A stretch of DNA of 32,000 nucleotides from Nitrosospira multiformis ATCC 25196 (lineage in GTDB: Bacteria > Pseudomonadota > Gammaproteobacteria > Burkholderiales > Nitrosomonadaceae): assembly GCF_000196355.1 (NCBI RefSeq), contig NC_007614.1, positions 2,400,001 through 2,432,000 of the forward strand. Direction: 5' to 3'. The position numbers and the translations under genes are program-made. Below the pieces are notes generated by a model. That model did not search any database, was not told where the DNA came from, and saw only the letters and a program-made list of their open reading frames with translations. Below, piece by piece: positions 8,366 to 17,239 of this stretch; positions within the stretch are counted from its first letter, which is position 1, and the number at the start of each line of letters is the position of its first letter.

Positions 8366-8530
8366 ACGGGCAGCAAGGGAAGTTGAATGGGACGCAATGC
8401 GCTTTGCCAATTGTGCCTTGCACTCCTAAATAGCTGGGCCCGCTCAAGCTCCTGGAAATTCATCAAATTTTTTCGGGGCAGACGCGATGATTAGTCCCTC
8501 AACTCCAGCAACTGGCAATATACTGCACAG

Positions 8531-9076
8531 ATGAAATTTCTTTTTGATCTCTTTCCAGTAATCCTGTTTTTCATAACTTTCAAGATTTATGGCATCTATG
8601 CCGCCACTGCTGTAGCGATTGGCGCCACTTTTGCGCAGATCGGCTGGGTATGGTTCCGCCATGGCAAAGTCGACACCATGCTGTGGGTCAGCCTGGTTCT
8701 CATAGTCGTCTTCGGCAGCGCAACACTCATTCTGCAGGATGAAACATTCATCAAATGGAAGCCCTCGGTCCTCTACTGGCTGTTCGCAGCCGCGCTGCTG
8801 ATAGCCCAGGCGATTTTCAAGAAAAATTTTATCCGGACGATGATGAAAGAACAGCTCACCCTGCCGGAACCGGTTTGGGCCCGGGTGAACGCGAGCTGGG
8901 CAGCTTTTTTTGCGTTTATGGGCGCCGCCAACCTCTATGTAGCCTTCAATTACTCTACTGAAACCTGGGTTAACTTCAAGCTGTTCGGCTTTATGGGCTT
9001 GATGCTGGTTTTTGTCGTATTACAGGGATTGATGCTGAGCAAATACATGGCAACCGACGAGGATAAAGAAGCATGA
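8531..9076 (+). CDS. yciB: Intracellular septation protein A (YciB/IspZ)
   Basis: [26 protein letters not shown].. is the characteristic YciB N-terminus. The protein is a 5-TM membrane protein of ~180 aa. Confidence 0.9.
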   Translation: MKFLFDLFPVILFFITFKIYGIYAATAVAIGATFAQIGWVWFRHGKVDTMLWVSLVLIVVFGSATLILQDETFIKWKPSVLYWLFAAALLIAQAIFKKNFIRTMMKEQLTLPEPVWARVNASWAAFFAFMGAANLYVAFNYSTETWVNFKLFGFMGLMLVFVVLQGLMLSKYMATDEDKEA

Positions 9077-9378
9077 TGCTATATGCTATAAGTGGCGAGG
9101 ATGTGCCTGACAGTCTTGACAAAAGAATGGCGGTACGTCCTGCACACCTGGAACGCATCAAAGCGTTGCAGGAAGACGGCCGCCTTGTTTTAGCCGGTCC
9201 CTATCCCGCGATTGACAGTCCAGATCCCGGACCGGCGGGATTTTCCGGAAGTCTGATCGTAGCCGAGTTCGAGTCGCTTGAAGCAGCCCAGGCCTGGGCG
9301 GAAGCGGATCCCTACGCCACTTCGGGTGTCTATGCGAAAGTGACGGTGAAGCCGTTCAAAAAGGTTTTACCGGCATAA
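9073..9378 (+). CDS. YciI family protein
   Basis: There is an ATGA overlap with the yciB stop. The ~100-aa protein contains ..[28 protein letters not shown].. typical of YciI-like proteins. The yciB-yciI adjacency is conserved. Confidence 0.85.
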   Translation: MMLYAISGEDVPDSLDKRMAVRPAHLERIKALQEDGRLVLAGPYPAIDSPDPGPAGFSGSLIVAEFESLEAAQAWAEADPYATSGVYAKVTVKPFKKVLPA

Positions 9379-9394
9379 CCTGACCGGAGGCCGG

Positions 9395-9670
9395 ATGAAC
9401 ACTATAGAATTGATGAAGGAAAAGCTCGCTGCGCTGGAGCCTGTCGTAATCCGGATTGTGGACGAAAGCGCGCGTCATGCGGGACATGAAGGCGCCAAGG
9501 CAGGGGGTGGCCACTATTTACTTACCATCGTCTCACATCAATTCACCTGTAAGTCGGCGCTGGCGCGGCACCGGCTGGTTTACGATACCCTGCGCGAGAT
9601 GATGCACAAGAATATTCACGCCTTGGGTGTAAAAGCGTATACTCCCGAGGAATTTGATTCGATCCACTGA
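9395..9670 (+). CDS. BolA family transcriptional regulator / Fe-S assembly factor
   Basis: The 91-aa protein contains ..VDESARHAGHEG..HYLLTIVS..F..KS.LARHRLVY..L.. which is the BolA fold signature. Confidence 0.9.
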   Translation: MNTIELMKEKLAALEPVVIRIVDESARHAGHEGAKAGGGHYLLTIVSHQFTCKSALARHRLVYDTLREMMHKNIHALGVKAYTPEEFDSIH

Positions 9671-9682
9671 GAAGGAAACTTC

Positions 9683-10480
9683 ATGCATTTTATGAAATTT
9701 ACTCGACTTGCGGCACTGGGTATCTCCGGGCTGATCGCCGCGACGACCGTTCAGGCCCAAACCGGCTCAACTATGGCAAAAGTGAATGGTACGCCGATTC
9801 CCCAATCGCGCCTCGAATTCATAATGAAGGCGCGTGCCAGCCAGGGCCAGCCGGATACGCCGGAGGCGAGGAAAGCCTTGCGCGAGGATCTCATCACTGA
9901 AGAGGTAATCGCCCAGGAAGCGAAGAAGAAGGGGCTGGACAGGGATCCGGACTTTATCACCCAGCTCGACATGGCGCGCCAGACAGCGATGGTCAGGGCA
10001 TACCAGATCGATTACATAAAGAACCACCCGGTAAGCGACGAAGAGCTGCATAAGGAATATGAAACGGTAAAGACGCAGATGGGGGATAAGGAATACAAGG
10101 CTCACCATATTCTGGTGGCTACAGAAGAGGAAGCCAAAGACATTATCGCCAAGTTAAAAAAAGGCGCAAAGTTTGACAAACTTGCCGGGGAAAAATCCCT
10201 GGACACGGGCAGCAAGAGCAAGGGGGGCGAACTGGACTGGAGCCCGGCCGCAAGCTATGTTCAACCTTTTGCCGAGGCCTTGACCAAGCTGCACAAGGGC
10301 CAGCTCACCGACCAGCCGGTAAAAACCCCCTTCGGCTGGCATGTGATCCGCCTGGATGATGTGCGACCCCTGAAAATTCCCCCGTTCGAGGAAATAAAAC
10401 AAAACCTGGCCCAGCGCGTGTTGCAACGTCAATTTGCGGCCTCGATCAACGATCTCCGCTCGAAAGCGAAAGTCGAGTAA
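9683..10480 (+). CDS. Periplasmic parvulin-type peptidyl-prolyl cis-trans isomerase (PpiC/SurA-like)
   Basis: A signal peptide (MKFTRLAALGISGLIAATTVQA) is present. The parvulin core reads ..YKAHHILVATEEEAKDIIAKLKKGAKFDKLAGEKS.D..SK.KGGELDW....FGWHVIRL.. Confidence 0.9.
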   Translation: MHFMKFTRLAALGISGLIAATTVQAQTGSTMAKVNGTPIPQSRLEFIMKARASQGQPDTPEARKALREDLITEEVIAQEAKKKGLDRDPDFITQLDMARQTAMVRAYQIDYIKNHPVSDEELHKEYETVKTQMGDKEYKAHHILVATEEEAKDIIAKLKKGAKFDKLAGEKSLDTGSKSKGGELDWSPAASYVQPFAEALTKLHKGQLTDQPVKTPFGWHVIRLDDVRPLKIPPFEEIKQNLAQRVLQRQFAASINDLRSKAKVE

Positions 10481-10537
10481 ATTTTCCTCCTAAGCTTTAT
10501 TTCCTTATTCCTTCTACCAGGAAGCGCAATTCCGAGA

Positions 10538-10566
10538 CAAAAAGGCAGCCCAGGCTGCCTTTTTTG
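10538..10566. terminator. Bidirectional rho-independent terminator between the convergent PPIase and alr genes
   Basis: The sequence is AAAAAGGCAGCCCAGGCTGCCTTTTTT. A GGCAGC/GCUGCC stem carries a 4-nt loop. It is flanked by an A-run upstream and a T-run downstream, so it can serve both strands. Confidence 0.7.
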
Positions 10567-10594
10567 TTCTGTCCTACAGTAAAAGAGAAGAATT

Positions 10595-11668
10595 TTACGT
10601 TACCCTTTGCATTCTCGGCGCAATCGCGCACAACAGTTCATAACCCAGTGTGCCAGCGGCCCGCGCAACCTCATCAACCGGCATACCCCTTCCCCATAGC
10701 GTTACCGGACTGCCTACACCTGCATCCTCGATCTCGCTCAGGTCCACATGCAACATGTCCATGGAGATGCGTCCCACGATCCGCGTTCGTCTTCCCTTTA
10801 CAAGCACCGGGGTACCAGTAGGGGCATGGCGGGGATAGCCATCCGCATAGCCGCCTGCAACAATGCCCACTCGCATCGAGCTACCAGCCCGAAAAGCGTG
10901 CCCGTAACCCACTCCGTCGTTTGGCCTGAGCGTTTGCACGGAGATAATCCTGCTCGATACAGTCATGGCAGGTTGCAAACCCAATTGCTCTGCGGTCGTG
11001 TGCGCAAGCGGCGAGGAGCCATAAAGCATGATGCCGGGGCGCACCCAGTCAGCATGTGCTTCGGGAAAACGAAGAATGGCGGCAGAATTCGCGAGCGAAC
11101 GGGGCATATATCTCCCTCCCGCTGCCAGATTGAAACATTGCAGTTGCGCCGCAATACTGTCGTTTCTGTCCGGTTCGTCGGCACATGCAAAATGAGTCAT
11201 AAGGGTTATCTGCCGCACTGCCGGATTCGCTTTGAGGTGCTCCAGCGCAGCGGGAAATTCCGTGGGCGTAAATCCGAGCCGGTTCATGCCGCTATTGAGC
11301 TTCAGAAATACATCCAGCGTTGCCCGCCTTCGAACCGCCTCCAGCATGGCAAGCTGCTCAGGGTGATGCACCACGGTACTTAAACGGTATTGCTCGATCC
11401 AGCTCAGTTCGTCTATGTCGAAAAAACCTTCAAGCAACAGGATCGTCTGGCGATAGCCCGCTTCTCTTAAACGCACGGCAGCATCTAGTTCGAGCAGGGC
11501 AAATCCCTCTGCCTCCGCCAGGGCCTCGGCAGCACACAGCAATCCATGACCGTATGCATCCGCCTTGATGACGGCCATCACGCGTGAACGTGGCGCATGG
11601 CGACGAACGATAGCGAGGTTGCGCTCGAGCGCGGCGGGATCAATCAACGCCTGGATGGGACGCGACAT
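10595..11668 (-). CDS. alr: Alanine racemase
   Basis: The PLP-lysine motif ..VMAVIKADAYGHG.. lies near the N-terminus. The C-terminal ..GYELLCAI..R.. is present. The length is 357 aa. Confidence 0.95.
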   Translation of the reverse strand: MSRPIQALIDPAALERNLAIVRRHAPRSRVMAVIKADAYGHGLLCAAEALAEAEGFALLELDAAVRLREAGYRQTILLLEGFFDIDELSWIEQYRLSTVVHHPEQLAMLEAVRRRATLDVFLKLNSGMNRLGFTPTEFPAALEHLKANPAVRQITLMTHFACADEPDRNDSIAAQLQCFNLAAGGRYMPRSLANSAAILRFPEAHADWVRPGIMLYGSSPLAHTTAEQLGLQPAMTVSSRIISVQTLRPNDGVGYGHAFRAGSSMRVGIVAGGYADGYPRHAPTGTPVLVKGRRTRIVGRISMDMLHVDLSEIEDAGVGSPVTLWGRGMPVDEVARAAGTLGYELLCAIAPRMQRVT

Positions 11669-11874
11669 GGTAATTCAGGATATCCGAAAGTTTTTGAAGA
11701 TTTTCTTTGAAGGGATTTTGCGGGAACCGGGAATTCTTATGAATGCTCCGGATCAAGCCGTTTTGCGGGCAGCCTCAAAGGCCTGAAATTTTCCATCGGG
11801 AGAGGTGTCGACGACCGTTGTATAATGCCACGCCTCATTGTTAAAAAAGAAGGTCAAGTTCTAGGAGAAAACGC

Positions 11875-13149
11875 TTGAAACGCGGATTTTATACCATTAT
11901 GGCGGCCCAGTTTTTTTCTTCGCTGGCCGACAATGCGCTATTGGTCGTTGCCATTGCCCTTTTGGTGGAGTTGCACGCGCCCGCTTATCTCACGCCGATG
12001 CTCAAGTTTGTGTTTGTTCTCTTTTACGTGATCCTCGCGCCTTTCGTCGGAGCCTTCGCGGATTCCATGGCCAAGGGCCGGGTCATGTTCATCAGCAATG
12101 CGATCAAGATTTTGGGCTGCAGCCTGCTTTTCCTGGCAACGCACCAGTACTTCGCACTCGCTGCCTACGCGGTAGTGGGGCTTGGCGCAGCTGCCTATTC
12201 CCCAGCAAAATACGGGATACTGACTGAGCTGCTGCCACCCGAAAAACTCGTCATCGCCAATGGCTGGATCGAAGGCTTGACTGTGGCCTCCATCATACTA
12301 GGCACGGTGCTGGGAGGCTTGCTGATCTCACCGGCCATCTCCGCCGCCCTGCTGTCGTTCGATTTCCCCCTGATCAATACCGGGGTGGACACTGTACCGG
12401 AGGCAAGCATACTGCTCATCGCGATATTTTATACTGCTGCTGCCATCTTCAATCTTTACATCCCCAACACCGGGGTCGATCATCGCATTCTCAGGAAAAA
12501 TCCAATGTTTCTCGTGCATGAGTTCAGCCATTGCATGAGGCTGCTGTGGGCAGACAAGCTGGGGCAGATTTCACTGGCAGTGACGACCCTTTTCTGGGGC
12601 GCGGGGGCAACGCTGCAATTCATCGTGCTGAAGTGGGCAGATGCCGCCCTCGGCTATCCCTTGAGCAAGGCCGCGCAACTCCAGGGGGTAGTCGCCGTCG
12701 GTATTGCCTTAGGGGCAGTCACTGCAGCACGAATAGTGTCACTCCGGCAATCGGTGAAGGTGATTCCGCTGGGCATTGCCATGGGCATTGTGGTAATGGC
12801 AATGATTTTTGCCCGCGAGTTGTGGATTGCGATTCCGCTTCTCATGCTGATTGGCGGGCTTGCCGGATTTTTTGTCGTGCCGATGAATGCCCTGCTGCAA
12901 CACCGGGGCCACATCCTGATGGGTGCCGGCCACTCTATTGCTGTACAGAATTTCAACGAGAATCTGAGTATTCTCACCATGCTGGGGCTGTATGCGTTAC
13001 TGGTGAGCTTTGACGTGCACGTGTATACGGTAATTATTCTCTTCGGCCTGTTCGTAGCCGTGATCATGGCGGTGATACGCCAGTGGCATCTGCACAACCA
13101 GAGCATCGAGGATTCTCTTCATCTCATTGGAGCGCATAAGGGGCACTGA
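11875..13149 (+). CDS. lplT: Lysophospholipid transporter LplT (MFS)
   Basis: A TTG start at 11875 follows AGGAGA at 11864-11869. The N-terminus MKRGFYTIMAAQFFSSLADNALL.. is LplT-like. The protein has ~12 TM segments. A TATAAT hexamer lies at 11821-11826. Confidence 0.85.
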   Translation: MKRGFYTIMAAQFFSSLADNALLVVAIALLVELHAPAYLTPMLKFVFVLFYVILAPFVGAFADSMAKGRVMFISNAIKILGCSLLFLATHQYFALAAYAVVGLGAAAYSPAKYGILTELLPPEKLVIANGWIEGLTVASIILGTVLGGLLISPAISAALLSFDFPLINTGVDTVPEASILLIAIFYTAAAIFNLYIPNTGVDHRILRKNPMFLVHEFSHCMRLLWADKLGQISLAVTTLFWGAGATLQFIVLKWADAALGYPLSKAAQLQGVVAVGIALGAVTAARIVSLRQSVKVIPLGIAMGIVVMAMIFARELWIAIPLLMLIGGLAGFFVVPMNALLQHRGHILMGAGHSIAVQNFNENLSILTMLGLYALLVSFDVHVYTVIILFGLFVAVIMAVIRQWHLHNQSIEDSLHLIGAHKGH

Positions 13150-13204
13150 GGAAATTGGGGAGGGTTTAGGGGCATCGAGGATTATTATGGATTGCCGATC
13201 GTAA

Positions 13205-13705
13205 TCATATGATAACCGGCCAGTCCGGCAATTCATTTTTCCCACCTTCCCGACCGGCTGGGAAATGTGTCTGCAAATGACCCCCTACTGACCGGATTCC
13301 ACTGATGACCCCGGATTCAAACTGCCCCTGACTGAAATGGGTTTCCATTTCGCGGCAGATGGTTTCCCATTTTTCATGACCGACTTTCGCGTCGATCCCC
13401 CGGTCAGCAACGATCTCGACATTGTGATCGGCCAGAAGCAGGTAAATCAGGACGCCGTTGTTATGCTCGGTATCCCACACGCGCAGTTGCGAAAATACTT
13501 CGACAGCCCGCTCGCGTGCCGATGTTGCTCTCACCAGAGGCAGCATATCCAGTGCTGCCTCCACTGCAAAGCGGATTTCTCCCCGGTGACTGAATTCCGA
13601 CTGCGCGATCGCATATTCGATAGCGGTAAGGGCCGTAGCGGGAAATGCCTTGCGCACCGCCAGGGGCCCCGTAAAAAGATGCCGCAGTATTCGCGTGAAA
13701 TCCAT
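13205..13705 (-). CDS. TPM domain-containing protein (third gene of the lemA-TPM-TPM operon)
   Basis: The start codon abuts the stop of the upstream TPM gene. The translation reads ..HRGEIRFAVEAAL..VW.T...NGVLIYLLLADH.VEIVADRGI.. typical of the small TPM/DUF477-type partner. Confidence 0.8.
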   Translation of the reverse strand: MDFTRILRHLFTGPLAVRKAFPATALTAIEYAIAQSEFSHRGEIRFAVEAALDMLPLVRATSARERAVEVFSQLRVWDTEHNNGVLIYLLLADHNVEIVADRGIDAKVGHEKWETICREMETHFSQGQFESGVISGIRSVGGHLQTHFPAGREGGKNELPDWPVII

Positions 13706-14629
13706 CTACCATCTCCCTGAGGCACCGCCGCCACCGAAGCCACCCCCGCCTCCACCGAAACCCCCACCGCCACCGAAGCCGCCGGGACCGCCCCTGCCAC
13801 CCCATCCTCCATAACCACCGAAGCCACCCGGCCAGCCGCGCCCCCCTCTGTAAATTCCACTACCGGCGTGACCGAACAGGCTGATGAAAAACGCAAAGGC
13901 AGCAGCGATCAGGGCCAGGAATATCGAAGCGAATACCAGCCAGACGATAATGGCTGCAGCTGTGCTCAACAGGGTCGCACCGAGAAAGCGACCGAAAATG
14001 GACTGAAATACCTTGGCGGCAATGAAGAGCAGGATAAAGACAAAAATAATATTATTCACCAGGATATCGGCGGCAGCGGAAGAATCGCCGCCACGTGCGG
14101 AACGAGCGGGAGGGGGCGGCAAGGGCTCTCCTTCGATTACCCCTATTATTCGGTCGACACCGGCATTTATGCCTGCCGCAAATCGTCCCTGTCTGAATTC
14201 CGGCACGATGATCTCGTCGGTTATACGCTTCGCCACGGCGTCCGGAAGCACGCCCTCCAGACCATATCCCACTTCCACACGCACGGTTCTATCCTGCTTT
14301 GCAACCAGCAGCAGAACGCCGTCATCGATACCCTTGCGTCCCAGCTTCCAGGCGTCCACTACCCGAATTGAATACTGCTCGATGGTTTCAGGCTGGGTGG
14401 TGGAGACAATCAGTACCGCAATCTGACTGCCTTTCCTGGCTTCAAATGCGGCGAGCTTCTGCTCCAGCTGAGTAGCTTCGTTTGCAGAAAGTGTCCCGGT
14501 GAGATCGGTAACGCGCGCTTTGAGGGGTGGAATCGCGACATCCGCCATCGCCAGGGAGGCGGAAACAAGCAGAGCGATGAATACGAGAACCTTTCTCCCG
14601 GCATGAATCATATGTAAAGCCTTTGCCAT
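13706..14629 (-). CDS. TPM domain membrane protein, YgcG family, with a Gly-rich C-terminal tail
   Basis: The preferred start is ATG 14629, with AAGG 5 nt upstream, giving the signal peptide MAKALHMIHAGRKVLVFIALLVSASLAMA. The TPM core reads ..RVTDLTGTLS..LE.KL..FE...G.QIAVLIV.. Two TM helices follow, then the tail GGFGGYGGWGGRGGPGGFGGGGGFGGGGGGFGGGG. The ORF track extends to 14725. Confidence 0.85.
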   Translation of the reverse strand: MAKALHMIHAGRKVLVFIALLVSASLAMADVAIPPLKARVTDLTGTLSANEATQLEQKLAAFEARKGSQIAVLIVSTTQPETIEQYSIRVVDAWKLGRKGIDDGVLLLVAKQDRTVRVEVGYGLEGVLPDAVAKRITDEIIVPEFRQGRFAAGINAGVDRIIGVIEGEPLPPPPARSARGGDSSAAADILVNNIIFVFILLFIAAKVFQSIFGRFLGATLLSTAAAIIVWLVFASIFLALIAAAFAFFISLFGHAGSGIYRGGRGWPGGFGGYGGWGGRGGPGGFGGGGGFGGGGGGFGGGGASGRW

Positions 14630-14797
14630 TCCTGCCTTGACGCCATGGGCAGGATGAGTGGTAAACAGCATGACCTGTTGAACAATGAGAGGGTACGGCT
14701 TGCTGTCTCCATTCATCCTACTCAAGGATAAAGAATAAGGTGGAGGTCAATCTCAAGTTTCCAGAATCGAGAGGCATCTTCCAAAGTTCTCTTCCGG

Positions 14798-15391
14798 CTA
14801 CGGCTTGCCGAAATCCACCTTGGGCGCGGTCGAAATCGCTTTCTCGTCATCCACCGTGAGGCTGGGCTTCACCTTGTAGCCAAATAACATCGCGGTAAGA
14901 TTGGTGGGAAAGGAACGTACTACGAGGTTGTATTCCTGAACCGCCTTGATGTAACGGTTGCGGGCAACGGCAATACGGTTCTCGGTGCCTTCCAGTTGCG
15001 CCTGCAATTCCCGGAAATTGGCATTTGATTTCAGTTCCGGATACTTCTCCACCACGACCAGCAAACGTGACAGAGCGTTCGACAGTTCCCCCTGGGCACT
15101 TTGAAACTTTGCAAATGCCTCCGGGTCATTGAAAAGCTCCGGTGTAGCCTGGATGCTGCCCACCCTGGAACGCGCATTGGTTACCCCCAGCAGTACCTCT
15201 TTTTCCTGGGCAGCAAAACCTTTTACAACGTTTACCAGATTGGGGATGAGATCAGCGCGGCGTTGATACTGGTTCAGCACTTCACCCCAGCTTGCCTTGA
15301 TCTGCTCATCCGTAGACTGCAAGGTATTGTATCCACAGCCACCCAAACTCATTGCTAGAAGCAATATCAGAGAACGCAGCAGGTTGTTCAT
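14798..15391 (-). CDS. lemA: LemA family protein (lipoprotein-type N-terminus)
   Basis: Starting at ATG 15391 gives MNNLLRSLILLLAMSLGGCGYN, a lipobox LGGC. The LemA core reads ..W.EVLNQYQRRADLIPNLV..VKG.A..E..V...V..AR.. The 18-codon upstream extension in the ORF track is not protein-like. Confidence 0.9.
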   Translation of the reverse strand: MNNLLRSLILLLAMSLGGCGYNTLQSTDEQIKASWGEVLNQYQRRADLIPNLVNVVKGFAAQEKEVLLGVTNARSRVGSIQATPELFNDPEAFAKFQSAQGELSNALSRLLVVVEKYPELKSNANFRELQAQLEGTENRIAVARNRYIKAVQEYNLVVRSFPTNLTAMLFGYKVKPSLTVDDEKAISTAPKVDFGKP

Positions 15392-15528
15392 GAAAATCTT
15401 CCTGGAAAAAATTGCAGATATATGGATAAGTATAGGCGAACTCATGAATAATATAGTGGTTTAATTTGCACAGGAGTCTGATATACCCACGCGGATCTGC
15501 CCGCCACAGGTGGGGAAGCAACGCTCGC

Positions 15529-15544
15529 AGCAGTCACCGTGCCA
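15529..15544 (-). promoter_or_regulatory. Candidate sigma-54 (-24/-12) promoter directed at lemA
   Basis: The minus strand reads C-TGGCACG-GTGA-CTGCT. Against the consensus YTGGCACGR-N3-TTGCW there is one mismatch, with correct GG-N10-GC spacing. It is intergenic, ~135 nt upstream of the lemA ATG, and correctly oriented. Confidence 0.45.
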
Positions 15545-15672
15545 GCCAACTGCTTACCAACGACGAAGGGTTCCAGAACCCCCGGCCAGTGCTGCAATTA
15601 ATCGATGCTCATCTGATAGCTACATTAGCCAGCATAATTAAAATTATAAGTTGCTGTGGAGCGATAGGGGCA

Positions 15673-17145
15673 ATGATAAATCCTGGAACAACAGTACTTT
15701 TATTCAAGATACTTCTTGTCTGTTACCTGCTGTTCTCGGTCATGCTGGTACGGGCCGGGGTGACGGAACCAAACCCGCGCCTGGAGGACGCTTTCGACTT
15801 CATGAATGTGTTGGCGAAAAAGGGGCTCCACGACCTGAAGGAAGAGCGCTGGAATGCTTATGGCCAGTTCACCTACATTTCGAGCTGGAAAAGTGGATTT
15901 CCGGCTTCGTATACCAACCTGAACGGAAGTATCAACTCATTGTTGCCGGGAAGCGAAAGAAGCTTTACCGGAACGGCGACGCTGTACCTGGGGCTCAAGA
16001 CATGGCATGGCGGCGAGATTTATTATGTGCCGGAAATGATATCCATGCGGCCCTTATCGGACTTGAAAGGGCTGGGTGGCGCCATACAAAACTTCGAACT
16101 GCAAAAAGGCGGTACGGAAACTCCGATCTTTTACCAGTCGCGTTTGTTTTTCAAACAGACTTTTGGATTTGGCGGAGAGCGCATACAACTCACTTCCGAT
16201 CCGATGCAGCTCGGAACAACGGTGGATAGCAGGCGCCTCGTTGTCAGGTTTGGCAATTTCAGCGTGATTGATTTTTTCGATAAGAATTCATACTCCGGCG
16301 ACCTGCGCAGGCAATTCTTAAATATGGCCTTCATGACCTACGCAGCCTTCGATTTCGCCGCGGATGCGAGAGGATATACCTGGGGCGGGGTAGCCGAATA
16401 TTTTCATGATGACTGGACGTTCCGCTTCGGCCATGTAGCCACCGCCATCGACCCCAACCAGATCCCTCTCGATATGAGGGTATTCAAATATTACGGACAG
16501 CAGGTTGAAGTTGAACGCCGCCATTTGTTGAACGGCTATCCTGGTGCTGTCAGGATACTGGCTTACCGTAATCATGAAAACATGGGTAAATTCAGCGATG
16601 CCATTGCTGCTTTCCGGTTCGATCCCAATAAGAATGCCACCACCTGTACGGGCTTCAATTACGGCTCGGGTAATGCAGGAGCGCCGGATTTATGCTGGGC
16701 GCGCAACCCGAACGACAAGATGGGCATAGGGATCAATATTGAGCAGCAAGTGCTGGATGGCGTCGGCTTATTTTTTCGCGGAATGTACAGCGACGGCAAA
16801 ACTGAAGTGTATTCCTATACCTCTACCGACAGATCGATTTCACTTGGCGCTCTGGTTAACGGCTTCCGTTGGGGGCGGGACGGAGATTTGCTTGGCATCG
16901 GATTTGCTGCGGGCTGGATTTCGGGCCAGCATGCCAAATACTTGAATATGGGGGGCGTCGACGGATTTATCGGGGATGGCCGGATCAAGGCGCGCGCGGA
17001 GGATGTAGTGGACATTTTCTATAGCGTCAATGTGCTAAGTTCCCTTTGGGTGACCGCCGACTATCAGCATATTACCAACCCTGGTTTCAATGCCGATCGC
17101 GGTCCTGTGAATATCTATGGGCTTAGAGTCCATGCGGAATTCTAA
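15673..17145 (+). CDS. Carbohydrate-selective porin, OprB family (outer-membrane beta-barrel)
   Basis: ATG 15673 gives a signal-like N-terminus (MINPGTTVLLFKILLVCYLLFSVMLVRAG). The body shows alternating beta-strand patterns. The C-terminus ..ADYQHITNPGFNADRGPVNIYGLRVHAEF ends in a terminal Phe and resembles the OprB family. Confidence 0.8.
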   Translation: MINPGTTVLLFKILLVCYLLFSVMLVRAGVTEPNPRLEDAFDFMNVLAKKGLHDLKEERWNAYGQFTYISSWKSGFPASYTNLNGSINSLLPGSERSFTGTATLYLGLKTWHGGEIYYVPEMISMRPLSDLKGLGGAIQNFELQKGGTETPIFYQSRLFFKQTFGFGGERIQLTSDPMQLGTTVDSRRLVVRFGNFSVIDFFDKNSYSGDLRRQFLNMAFMTYAAFDFAADARGYTWGGVAEYFHDDWTFRFGHVATAIDPNQIPLDMRVFKYYGQQVEVERRHLLNGYPGAVRILAYRNHENMGKFSDAIAAFRFDPNKNATTCTGFNYGSGNAGAPDLCWARNPNDKMGIGINIEQQVLDGVGLFFRGMYSDGKTEVYSYTSTDRSISLGALVNGFRWGRDGDLLGIGFAAGWISGQHAKYLNMGGVDGFIGDGRIKARAEDVVDIFYSVNVLSSLWVTADYQHITNPGFNADRGPVNIYGLRVHAEF

Positions 17146-17239
17146 AAAATTGTCATCCCGATTATCCCGGTGTCCGAAATTACTTGATCACTCCATAAGG
17201 ACAGAAATACGGACGGGTGGTGCGCGCCGATTCTGCGAT

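Noticed and set aside
8512-8527. A sigma-54-like TGGCAATATACTGCA upstream of yciB, and similarly TGGCATGGGTCAAATTGT at 5710-5727.
   Set aside because: The GG-to-GC spacing is off by one or more nucleotides. Sigma-54 promoters do not tolerate that.
13706-13860. A short-period GC-rich repeat (CCACCGCCACCGAAGCC-like), considered as a possible tandem repeat or CRISPR-like array.
   Set aside because: It is the coding sequence of the Gly-rich C-terminal tail of the YgcG-type TPM protein. There is no spacer/repeat periodicity of CRISPR type.
15466-15672. The 69-codon N-terminal extension of the porin ORF.
   Set aside because: The extension lacks a signal peptide and looks non-coding. ATG 15673 gives a hydrophobic signal-like N-terminus. 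The region is better explained as the lemA/porin divergent control region.
16616-16626. GGTTCGATCCC, resembling a tRNA T-arm.
   Set aside because: It lies inside the porin CDS in frame. No acceptor, D or anticodon arms can be drawn around it.
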